DNA of 64,000 nucleotides from the NCBI GenBank assembly GCA_002811645.1, contig PDIP01000098.1, positions 86,701 through 150,700 on the forward strand, given 5' to 3'. Shown here one piece after another: positions 1-10,660 of the stretch; position 1 is the first letter of the stretch; each line of letters begins with the position of its first letter. Source of the stretch: Corallochytrium limacisporum Hawaii (Eukaryota; Protista; Pluriformea). The notes beneath the pieces were generated by a model. That model did no database searches. It saw only the letters and a program-made list of their open reading frames with translations, and was not told where the DNA came from. The translations under genes and the position numbers were made by a program.

Positions 1-2665
1 ATTTTCCCGCTCTCCCAAGCGACGGCAGAGCTAAATCAAAATGAGTAGATTTGATACAATATTCCCAGACAGAGGGTGGTATTAACACTTATATTAAATA
101 TACTACAAAATATTACCCGAATGTGCCAATTGGTCATGCATATTGCCTTTCCCCAACGGGGGCCGGTTTTCCGAAAGATTTTCGCCACGGTGGATCGCGT
201 GGAGTTCCCGGTTCGGCATGTGACGGACTCTAGAAGATCCCCGAAGCGACAACAAATTGTAGGAAAGCAGTTAACGGCCAGAGTGAAACGTCATAGATCC
301 AATATCTAACGCAACGCTAAATGGCTGGCCGATCCTCATACCACGCAGTATAGTCCTGCCTCTGCGAAATTGGACGAATGGCAAAAACCCCGGTTCCTCC
401 GGGTTGTTGATCACTGGGGGAGGGGATCGCCAACATCGCGACCACACGGTTGCGGAAGCGAGTGCCGCAATTCAGCAAAGCACACAGACTTACTACCCCT
501 GAAGTTTATTTTTGGGGTTGTATTCTATCGAGTACTTACAGTAGCCAAAGAGCCGAGGTCCTTTCTCCTGCCACTCCCCTCCCCACACCAATAAGAATAT
601 CCCGAAGGTTTTGTTTTCTCTATCGGTCGGTAGCCGGGGAGCGTGACCGACGCCAAGCGTGACTGCGGCATAAGGGACGATGGAGGACTTGCAATAGCCA
701 GAATATGGGGAGTTTGTTGAGGACAGGAACTCCCTCTTGTGCGAATATCTTGGCCGAGTTCTCAACGGCTTCTTTGATGGGTGTTGCTCCTAACAAGTAA
801 ATAGTGAAGCGAAGAGTGGTCGATTCTCCTTCCTCGGTTTTCCAATGCACGTGAACGCAAAACTAACCGGGCTACGAAATCAGCAAGCTCCGACAACCTT
901 CACAATTTCGCTTTGCTGACCGACAGACAGACTGAGCGAAGCAGCTTACAAGGTACGCTTCAGTATGGGGAGCGAGAATTTATTTCGGCAACACAGGGCC
1001 ACTACGTCCGACATGTAAGTGGTAAACATCCGAGACCGTATATATAGTCCCCGATATGCACAATCGCTGTCGTGACTCCCCATGTCACCAGCATCAACAA
1101 ACATGGTGAAGAAATATTAGCTGCCTTAGACACCGAATGGTGTCGGACTTCCGACGAACTCTGCGGTGGGCGACAGTAGTGTTTGTGAATGAAAACGCAA
1201 GCGAGGACTACAAAACGATGTCCAAGAGACGTTCTGTTCTTGAGGTCCTTCAGGACAAGAGCCCCGCTCTGTCCCTGCCAAAGCAGGAGTGTCTGGGGAG
1301 TGGAATTGGCTATAGAAAACATATAGACTGTTGGCGCACCGACGCAGTCACCACGTGGTTTCGTTTGCTATTGCTTTTGGACCCCGGCAGTTTGTGATTT
1401 ATCCCCTGTCATCTTTGATGATTACTGAGTTCACAGAGAGAGAGAAAGAGAGTCTAAGCCGCTCCCAAGCCGTCACGACATTCACTATATGCATCCGCTG
1501 GCATCCACCAGTGAAGGTGCTGCAGGGAGTTGTTATCTGCTCCGGGTGAGTGTTCCTGAACACTCGTCCCTGGGGGTTAACGGGGGCATTCGCAAGCAGT
1601 TCGTGTGTGTGTGTTCTGGGGAGACCTCACCAACGCCCCGTAACTTCCCGCACAGTGTTGCATCGTTGAGAACGATGGCGCGCAACGGGCTTTCATGTGA
1701 ACTGTGAAGGGAAAGAGCGATCAAGCGGTGCTAATCTCCCTTCGCCGCACTCATGGCGCGAACCCGAATCCCCGCCCCACCCATCGACTGGGGAGTGTGT
1801 GGTCCGAGCGGACGCTGCTGATTGGTCAAGGACGGCTATGGGCAGATCCGACCTTGTTGAGAAAACAAACAAGAGAGACACTATTGCGCAAGCCTGTGGC
1901 TGTTGAATTTTGGGAGAGGGGAGAGATGCCGCGCATCTGGTGAATGTTTTGGGCATCGTTTGCAACTCCTGCGGGCACGATTAGTGGTTCGTGTAATGTA
2001 CTGATGTTGATGACTTTGGCGTGCTCGATATCCTCCATTCACAGGTGAGCAATTAGTCTCATTTAACACAGTAGACTACTTGTGCGGCACCAGTGCCATG
2101 AACTACCAAACACTTGCTTAGGCTTAGTACTTGTGGGCGGTCATCAAATTGGTGGACGAGGATGTTCATAGGAAGTTTTTGTTGTGATCTGGCACACGTT
2201 CCATGTCGGGGGTTCCGCTTTACTCACTCGTGTGGGTAGTCTCAACTCCTTTTTGCTCTCCCCTTGGAGACGTAGGCACTGTGACTATTCAGCGGCAGCA
2301 AGCGATGAACTGGAAGTCACAACATTCCAATCCCCTGTAGCTTCCTTCCAAAAATGCCGGAGTCCTTTTTACGACCCGGCTGATTTTAAAAAAGTAAAAA
2401 GTTAAGAGATATTAGGATTTAAAAACTAATCTCCGAACCCGCCACGACGGGGAGGGGAGGGGTGCGCGTGGTGGGTTTGCACGGGACAGCCAGTGTGGGA
2501 CGGAAGACGGTTCGGGGCGCAGCCCTTCAGCACGCGAAGGTATTTTGAGTTGCTCATCTGTCCTATGTTTACGAACTAAGTCTCTGAAGACGTGCATTGC
2601 TGTATTCATATTCAATCATGAACTTCACCGTAGAATTAAAGAAGAACTAGAAATATAGTGAAAGC

Positions 2666-3985
2666 ATGGCTGCCGACGGACAACTAAACGGCGCGGAGGA
2701 CTCCCGCGTCGTACAGGTGAGGTTGGTAACTAATGACCCGCAGCACAAGATTACGGACAAACCGATCACAGTCCCTGTGACTTTGCACCGCCCGGGTTTG
2801 AATGAACTCACCAATTTCCTTCTCGGATATGAGACCCATAAAGAATTCGATTTCGCAGTGCGGACGTCAACAGACTCGATAGCCGAGCTGCTTCGCACCA
2901 GTATCGACGAATTTTTGGAGGCAAACAATATGGGATTGGATGCCATTCACGTAGTAGAATTCTTTGAGGCCTTTCCCGATGCCCTCCCGGAGCGTGTCGG
3001 AAAGACAGAGGAGTGGGTTAGTAGCATTGCATCGGCTCCCCATGGAATTATAACAAGTGACTACAGCAGCGGCCTCACCCTGTGGGACGGATCACTGAAA
3101 AAGATGACAGCGGTCATCACACATGATGATGTTCCATGCAAATCTGTTACTGCTTGGCAACCCACTGGGGATCAGTACTACATTGCAGCAATGGGATACA
3201 TGGACGCATCCCTGACTTGCTACCGGGTCGATCCACATGCCTCGGCCGTTCAGGCTTGTAAGCGCCTAGTCGGTCACGAAGGTACCGTCTCCGGTGTGGC
3301 AGTGAATGCAGCTGGCAATCTTTTGGTCAGTGCTGGACACGATCGTATGGTGAAGATCTGGCGACTGAGTGAAGTTAATGATGCAGCAGACGCAATGGGC
3401 GACGCTGGTACACAGAAGGCCAAGCGTCCAAAGCAGAGCAAAGCCAGGGCAGATGCAGTCAGTGCTCTGGCTCCAGAACTCACAATGGGATCACACGTCA
3501 ATTCTGTTAATGCAGTGGTGTGGAGTATGGACCAGAAGAGTGTAGTCAGCGGTGGTGAGGACAACACCGTGCGGATTTTTGAGGCAAGTACCGGAACCAA
3601 TCTGACCTCTGTGCCCTTCCCTGCTCCAGTCACTTCTGTTGATTGCAGCTACGCCTCGGGATTGATCGGTGCGTCTTGTTTCGACAATTGCGTACGTGTT
3701 ATTGATCCGCGGGCTACCAGTACTGTTGTGATGTCTCGGTCAAGTCTGGCCGGCCACACGCAGCCCGTAGTGGATCTGTCCTGGTCACCCAAGAGCAGCA
3801 GTCATCTTGCCAGTGTCTCCTTGGATGGTAGCCTCCGTGTTTGGGACATTCGTTCCACTCAGCCGCTACAGACTGTGCAGGACGAGGATGATGCTCGTCT
3901 GCTTGCTGTGTTCTGGAACGAAAAACATGGTATTGTTACCGGTAGCTCCACCGGCACTGTCCGGTCGTATGGGTTCGAACAATAG
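2666..3985 (+). CDS. WDR12: Ribosome biogenesis protein WDR12/Ytm1 (NLE ubiquitin-like domain + WD40 repeats)
   Basis: 439 aa ORF; N-terminal NLE-type segment (VQVRL..PITVP..GLNELTNFLL..EFDF..LLRTSIDEFL) followed by WD40 repeats (GHEGTV, DRMVKIW, GHTQPV, DGSLRVWDIRS). Confidence 0.88.
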   Translation: MAADGQLNGAEDSRVVQVRLVTNDPQHKITDKPITVPVTLHRPGLNELTNFLLGYETHKEFDFAVRTSTDSIAELLRTSIDEFLEANNMGLDAIHVVEFFEAFPDALPERVGKTEEWVSSIASAPHGIITSDYSSGLTLWDGSLKKMTAVITHDDVPCKSVTAWQPTGDQYYIAAMGYMDASLTCYRVDPHASAVQACKRLVGHEGTVSGVAVNAAGNLLVSAGHDRMVKIWRLSEVNDAADAMGDAGTQKAKRPKQSKARADAVSALAPELTMGSHVNSVNAVVWSMDQKSVVSGGEDNTVRIFEASTGTNLTSVPFPAPVTSVDCSYASGLIGASCFDNCVRVIDPRATSTVVMSRSSLAGHTQPVVDLSWSPKSSSHLASVSLDGSLRVWDIRSTQPLQTVQDEDDARLLAVFWNEKHGIVTGSSTGTVRSYGFEQ

Positions 3986-6900
3986 CGTAGCCTCCCTCCA
4001 CACCCCCCCCCCAACCGTCATGAAAATAGACTCCCGTGTAAGGTTCAAACAAGTACCACAATATGCTAGCTCGCGCTACTATCAGTACTGTTCATATCGA
4101 AGAGAGGTCGGAAGAGCGTGCAAAGTGATGGTATCTCCGTGTCTGTGTGGGTTTGTGTGCTTCACAAGTAGCATCTTGATGAACGATCTGCACATGATCG
4201 GGGATGGCCGATGCATTAGCTGCTGCTTGGGCAACTGCCATAGAGAACTGCAAAGTTTGTGGGCTCCTTAATTCATCAGCATTGTTAGCCTCATCCACCA
4301 TTGACGAGCTGCAGACTCACCCAACGACAGCACCTTCAATAGTGTGGAGCCTGGTGGAACTGGAGAATTACCATCACAATCTTATCTCACACATCGAGCG
4401 ACGAAGATTGAGATGTAACAACAAGAAGGAACTTCTGCATATCCTTGACTTCAGATATGCCCTCATCGTCATCTACATAAGTCTGCTGACATGGTCACAG
4501 AACGCCCGTGACTCCCGTAACCGGGGCAAAGTGATAATCGCAGATGAAACCCGCACAATCCTTTCACAAAAGCGTTGAATACCATCACATAGCTGTGAAG
4601 CCAAACGCCTAAGGATTGGGTTCTAGTCGTGTGTATACGTATCCAGACGGATCAAAATGTCATCAAGTTGACTCATTTTCCTGTCCATGAAACAATGAGT
4701 TTCGTGCCCTCCGCAGAACATTCCTTCGCTCCTACCAATTTTTAGTACTTTCAGTATCACATTTTCGCATCTTACAGTCTCAAGTTTCCAAGAGAAAAGG
4801 GTGTGGGGTGCGGGTAGCCGCCCGTACGTATTCTACGCCTCCGGGACATGCCGCCCCCGTCCCCGAAAGGAGAGCGGGTGGACAAAATGTCCAAGAATCG
4901 TACCCAGCAAGTACAGCATTCCCTGTACAGCCCAGAAGGTAACAAAGATATTTGTGTCCCAGCCGCCTGCACACGACCTGTCCGATAACATAAACACCGA
5001 GTGCATTCCAACATCACAAGCAGAGGATACCGCCCTTTGAACTGCTTCCCATCATCACCTGTATGCGAGGGGGGGAGAGGAGAAAGAACAGCATGCTCCG
5101 GGTCCGTGAGTTTACGACCACGCAATGACTCCGCCCACCCTAGCAGAGCATCCTGCACCCTTGCTCTCGGTACGCTTTACGGCAGAAAGTTATCTGAATT
5201 AAAGTTCCTTTTCCAAATCATTTCTCTTGGGCTGCGCAGAGTTGAAGGACTGGAAAGGCAAGTAAGCTGGCTGCTCAGTTCTCGAGAAACGTAACCCCGA
5301 CTGTGTCTTCCTCTTTCTTCGTCGTCTTCTTCCCATACCTCGCGTGTGTCCTCCTTTGCGGCCTCTACGAGCAATACATTGCAGCGCACGCGACGCGCGG
5401 CAGTCTATTCAAAACCAACTCAAACCAGTACACAGATTTCACACCCTTCGGTGCACATGTCCTGTTAGATCTCCGTGGTGTAGCCAGCTGCGTGCGTCTT
5501 TGGAACAACATGCGCTTTGTATTCTGAATGTATTGAAAGTATGCACCCCCGGTGGCGATCCATGAATTTCCTATGGGAGAAGGAAAGTAAACAGCCACTG
5601 GGATATGTCCCTAATGAGTCCTTTGGCCAGACTTGTACAATAAAGCCAGGTAGACTAGATATCGACTTGTTTGACACTATGGCACGATAGTGTCGCAGAG
5701 ACCACTGGTAAAGAATACCTACCCGGTGGTGTTCTTTTGATCGATCACAGGGATTGATGACACCAGCATCCACAGACAATCCTTGGGACAAAAGGAGCGA
5801 GGTCCCATGACTTTTATGCCCTTTGCTTTTTCCTTTTCTTTTTTTTGGCCTCGGTGCGTGTTCCACAACACTCACAGAAACTTTGCCATTGGGGTAGTAG
5901 TTCGAGTGGGAGGGTGGGTTACGGGGTTGAAGTTCTACTCTCGCACCATGGCGAAGTTCGGGGCTGCTCGCGCGCCAGACTAGTCATACTTTTCTTATTT
6001 TGTCTTATTTTATCGTCTGTTCTCCGCTGCATCTCTCTCGCCCCTTCTCTTTCTTCGCGATGGCTGCGTCTTTTGGGTCCCCAGAAAAGGGTCGAAGCCT
6101 GCGGACCGGAGACAGACGTGGTCGGAACATTTTAGCACCAAACAACACTCCCGCCCTTCCTCTCCCCGCTGCGTGCTCTTATAGTATCCATGCCAGTTAA
6201 ATTGAATATTAATTGGGTGTTAGAATTTAGGAATCGTCACCCTCAACCATACACATGATTTCCAATGTTCTTACCTTTGGCTCCACCAACAATTTTTCTC
6301 CCAGCTCGCGCAGACCAAACACCAAAAGAGAAAAGAAAAGGAAGGGAACGTACGCAAATAGTAGCACATTCAGAAAGGGGGAGGGGGGTTGGGGTGGGAT
6401 GGAGCCATTGGATAGGTTCCGTATATCGGCGACAGGGGGGAGGGGAGGGGAGAGGGGAGGGGTGGTTAGAAAAACCGCACAGAGGTCGAAGAATTGCAGA
6501 CGTTGGCTATGGGGAGACCAAAGGAAGCGCACGGACACGCGAGTCTGGTGACAAAGTTGCGTAGAGATTAGAATAGTAACTGGTGAAGTGAAGAATTCCA
6601 CTATATCACACCGGCAAGATTCTCTGGTCACTGGTCCTCGACAGTATGCCCCCTTAACGTCATAGGCCACCCTTTTGGCTCTCATTTATTTTGGTTTGGT
6701 CATCATAAGGCGAGGGGATGCTATTGTATATACTATGTATGGACCCCCCCCTGATCTGACCTGGTTCTCCCCCCTCCCCCTTCTCTGCCGTTTGAATGCA
6801 ACGGCGACCAAAAAATATAATCTGGTCTTACAATGTTTGTTTTCCTTTTTTTTGTAGTTGCCAAATCGGTCCTTATCTATGAGAATAGAATGAGAGCCAA

Positions 6901-7507
6901 GGTGGAAGAAGATTTACGAAGGAAACCTGAAATTTGAATGGTAAGATTTGAAACGACAGGTATCCGGGTATATGTTTTTTTTGCAGAATTCAATACGATG
7001 AGCCCGAGCCTTGTTGTCCAAGGACGGCTGTAGTAAGCCCGGATTGGGCAGGCAATTGATACCTTACAGGTGTTATCTATATTTCGTGTCGCAGTTCAAT
7101 ACAGAATATATCACCTTATTCCGCACCTCTTTGACAACATGCCTCCGAGTTTGGGAGGATCCTGCCGGGGGCTGACCCCTAGCCTCATATGGTGCGAATC
7201 TTTTGGACGTGGCACTTTCATTTTCCAGATAATAGCCGCCACCGGGAACTCACCGTACAATAGCGCAGGGTGTTTCAGTCTCTCGCTCCTCCCACCCTTT
7301 ACCCCGCCCCCTCCCCCCCCTGTCTCCCTCCCTCTCTCTCTCTCTCGCCTTGGCCGGGCACTGATGAGCACTACGCCTTGGTGGCGTTGTATGCTTCGCG
7401 ATGGGCCGACCGTTTCAAGGTCGGGCGCTCTCTCCTTCCCCCCCCCCCCCCCGCGGGGGGCACCCCCGGGCCTCCTTCTACAGCCCCGCTGCCTTGTGTT
7501 CCTATCC

Positions 7508-7572
<65 letters not shown>
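7508..7572. repeat. (CT)n microsatellite
   Basis: Near-perfect CT run with two interruptions, about 1 kb upstream of the Zn-cluster gene. Confidence 0.95.
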
Positions 7573-8489
7573 CCCCCCCAATGCGATGAGTCTCGCTGCA
7601 TAAACCGCACTGCATTCTGAGTATGGACTACCTACTGCGCACTCACTGATGAGGACGGGGAAAGCTAGCGGGGACTCGCGGGAGGAAGCGAATGTGCGGG
7701 AGAACGGGAGTGGTCCGCGAGTGGTCCGCGCAAGAACTTCGAACAGCCGGTGGGACTACACAGCACAACAGTAATGCTGTAGTGTATGGAAAAAATATGG
7801 AAGTTTCCAAGTGGCTTCACTGCGCAAGGAAATATCAGCAAGGACTGTGGCCCACAAGCGGGACTAATTCGGTCCCGCAAGATACAGAGCGAGACCGGGA
7901 TAGAGAGAGGGAGGCGAGAAAAACTCAGCAGTGAAAGAATGCGAACTATTTGCAAACGGACACTCGATCGGAATGAGGGGATATCACAGGGGGATAGCAT
8001 TTCATAGAAACTGGCTGTTCAATTATTATTGATAGGAGAGGAATGGATCATTCTCGCAAGCAGGGGGCCCGCGCCCTTCACTTCTGATACCCCTCAAAGT
8101 GCCACGACCCCGGTCTGCCAGCTTCCTCGATGATGGCACTTTTCTCGCACAGCTGCTCACGTCGCCACGTACCACTTCCGGAGTTTGTTTTGGAGGTGTT
8201 GAAGTTTTTGTTCACCGGTACGTGTTGAGAACTATTTTGTATACAAACTTAGTGAAGCGAGGAAAAGGGTCGAACCTTTGACAGAACTGATCCTTGACAA
8301 AAGTACGGCTGGTACTCAAGACTGTTCAGCTATTCGTATGTCAAAGCCATTCTAAGCCTGTACAGAGTCAAAGAAAAGCGACGTGAACAACGTGCTAGCC
8401 ATATAATTTTGAACGGGACCATTTGTCACAGGAAGACAAAGAATGCGACGCTTGTGAGCATTCAAACGCCGAACTCGAGTGCAAAAGGA

Positions 8490-8567
8490 GTAAGCCAAAG
8501 ATCTGGAACCCCACTCAGGCTTTCATTGTCTACTTTCACGAAATCTTCCTATTGATCCAATCTATAG
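8490..8567 (+). other. Candidate 78-nt 5'-UTR intron of the Zn-cluster gene
   Basis: GTAAGC at 8490, pyrimidine-rich tract, TTGAT branch-like site, TAG at 8565-8567, 7 nt before ATG 8575. Confidence 0.4.
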
Positions 8568-8574
8568 TATAGCC

Positions 8575-9885
8575 ATGAACCCTTCCGGGAACGGTGCATT
8601 GAATGGCTTCGGTCATGGCCTGGGTACCATGGGTGGCGCTGCTGGATCGCCCTTTCATGGACAACAGGGTAGTGCGCTCTTCAACACTGCGGTCGGTGAC
8701 ATGTCTTTGAGCTTATCAGAGTTGAAGAGCGATGACGCTGTTCCTGACACAAATCGCACGTCTGTTGTCAGTGACGCCTCGACACAAGACTCCAGGGCTA
8801 AGAAGGAGTCAGCACCTGCCAAGAAACCCCAGAAAGTGAGGCGGTGCACTCGTGTCTGCCAGCCATGCCGCAAGGCTAAAAGCGCCTGCGCTGAAGAGCG
8901 CCCTTGTCCTCGCTGTGTTCGACTGTGCTGCGAAGACTCATGTATTGACGTTGAATACAAGGGAAACCGAGGGCAGAAGAAGAAAGTCAAGTCGGGCCCC
9001 AAGAAGCCAGTCAGTCCGGCTGGAAGTCACAATTCTGAGTTCGTCAAGGAACTGAGCTCTTTCCTGGCTGCACCAGAAACGGACTTCCCTGAGGACTCGT
9101 TGCCGGTTATCCTCGGCAATTTCCTGAACGATGAACCTCTGATGTCTCAACCACCCCTTACATTGACACGGGAAGACTACCACAAGACCATGCACAGTAT
9201 CCTCATTCGCTGGAAGGTTAGTGTTCAATCGGAAATTAATATTGGCAACCGGGACTACACAAAGGAGCTTACCTATTTCCTGCTCGTAAAGCACGTTCAG
9301 GTCATGGCTGGTTTGCGTGGTATTGACCCAGCTCTGGTCGCACAACGGCAAACTGAGCTTTTTGCGGGATTTGACCCCAATTTGGACACAATGTCCTTCT
9401 TCGCGAATGAGAAGATCATTCCACCCGACTTTGCCGCAAAATATCATCGGGAAGAAGGCATCAAGAGTATGGTGTACGACAATCTGCCTGTCGCTACTAC
9501 GCGGTTTTCGATGTTCAATCTGGTCACTAAGATCACCTACACAAACCAGGCAATGTGCGACCTCATGCAAATGTCTGCCTCAGAAATCATGTCAGCTCCT
9601 CTCAACATAGATTTCCCCTTCAGATTTGTGAAGCCCAGTGCGTGGGCCCTAGTTCCGGGGCTGTTCGGTGAGGCAATTGCGGGACAGCAGGAAAGCTTTA
9701 AGTTGCGGTGCCCCATGGTGCGAAAGAGTGGGGAAGTTGTGGACTGTCTGATGACTGTCTCCATGGATTATACTCCCACTGGCATGCCCATCTTTGCTAC
9801 CATATTTACTTCTCCCATCAGCGGGTCCGAGGTCAAACACACTCCGGTTATTCTTCAGAAGGACGATTCGCTTGCCAAGGTGTGA
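8575..9885 (+). CDS. Zn(II)2Cys6 binuclear cluster transcription factor with C-terminal PAS-like domain (Ert1/Rds2/Gsm1-like architecture)
   Basis: 436 aa; CQPCRKAKSACAEERPCPRCVRLCCEDSC zinc cluster; PAS-like C-terminus (ITYTNQAMCDLM..MVRKSGEVVDCLMTVS). Confidence 0.85.
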   Translation: MNPSGNGALNGFGHGLGTMGGAAGSPFHGQQGSALFNTAVGDMSLSLSELKSDDAVPDTNRTSVVSDASTQDSRAKKESAPAKKPQKVRRCTRVCQPCRKAKSACAEERPCPRCVRLCCEDSCIDVEYKGNRGQKKKVKSGPKKPVSPAGSHNSEFVKELSSFLAAPETDFPEDSLPVILGNFLNDEPLMSQPPLTLTREDYHKTMHSILIRWKVSVQSEINIGNRDYTKELTYFLLVKHVQVMAGLRGIDPALVAQRQTELFAGFDPNLDTMSFFANEKIIPPDFAAKYHREEGIKSMVYDNLPVATTRFSMFNLVTKITYTNQAMCDLMQMSASEIMSAPLNIDFPFRFVKPSAWALVPGLFGEAIAGQQESFKLRCPMVRKSGEVVDCLMTVSMDYTPTGMPIFATIFTSPISGSEVKHTPVILQKDDSLAKV

Positions 9886-10217
9886 GGTCTGATTCTCCTG
9901 TTATATGAAAACAATTAAATACCCTTCAATCAACATTCATGACGAAATGAAACTATCTGACATTACGTTCCTCTACTTTATCGTGACAACCGCTCTTCAT
10001 CCCTGACACAAATCTTGGCGCCTTGAGTTCATGAGATGTGTGGTGTTAGTACCATTGTATTCCTCAATATTTACAATGTGTATGATGGCAGGACCTAGTG
10101 GTCATCCTTATCCACCACGACGATGAGGAGTGGCGACCGATTCATAGGTCAGAATGTGGCTGAATCCGATTTGTTCCAGAGTCCTCCAAGTTCCCTGGGC
10201 CGTGGCTACTTAGTGTA

Positions 10218-10231
10218 AAGGGGACCTATTT
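10218..10231 (+). promoter_or_regulatory. Degenerate copy of the upstream motif (AAGGGGACCTATTT)
   Basis: Two mismatches to TGGGGGCCTATTT, about 430 nt upstream of CPSF2, in the same relative orientation as the exact copies. Confidence 0.3.
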
Positions 10232-10616
10232 CTGTGGACAGAGACCCGGTTTCCCCCCCCCCCCTTCTTTTGTCTTTTTCCCTGACCTTTACCGATTCAA
10301 GGCGCTTGGTTTTACTGCCCCAATGTCCCCTAGTCAAGGTGTTGTGTGCGTGTGCCTTGGTGGCTGTGTGCTAATGTGCTCGAAGCGCCCAGCCCGCAGC
10401 AGGCCCTCCGTCCTCTTCCTCCCTCCCTTTTGGCCGAGGGTAGTAGAATTAAGCGCGGAGGGGCGTTGGAATAACTTGCTGGAGAGAGGCCAGCGTGTAC
10501 CCGAAGTTCAAGTTATTTCAAACCTAACCTGGCGTATGCCTGGTTTTTCTGCATAATAAATACATTATAAAATATGATCAGTTGAACACTGCGTATATAT
10601 GGAAACCAATTATGAA

Positions 10617-10653
10617 GTGAGTATCCCAGAGGATACAAATCACACATACTTAG
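10617..10653 (+). other. Candidate 37-nt intron at the 5' end of CPSF2
   Basis: GTGAGT at 10617, TAG at 10651-10653; splicing joins ATG 10612 in frame to ATG 10661. Confidence 0.35.
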
Positions 10654-10660
10654 GAGCACC

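Noticed and set aside
7070-7620. Overlapping ORFs with SL/ER dipeptide runs
   Set aside because: Stop-free frames created by the CT microsatellite
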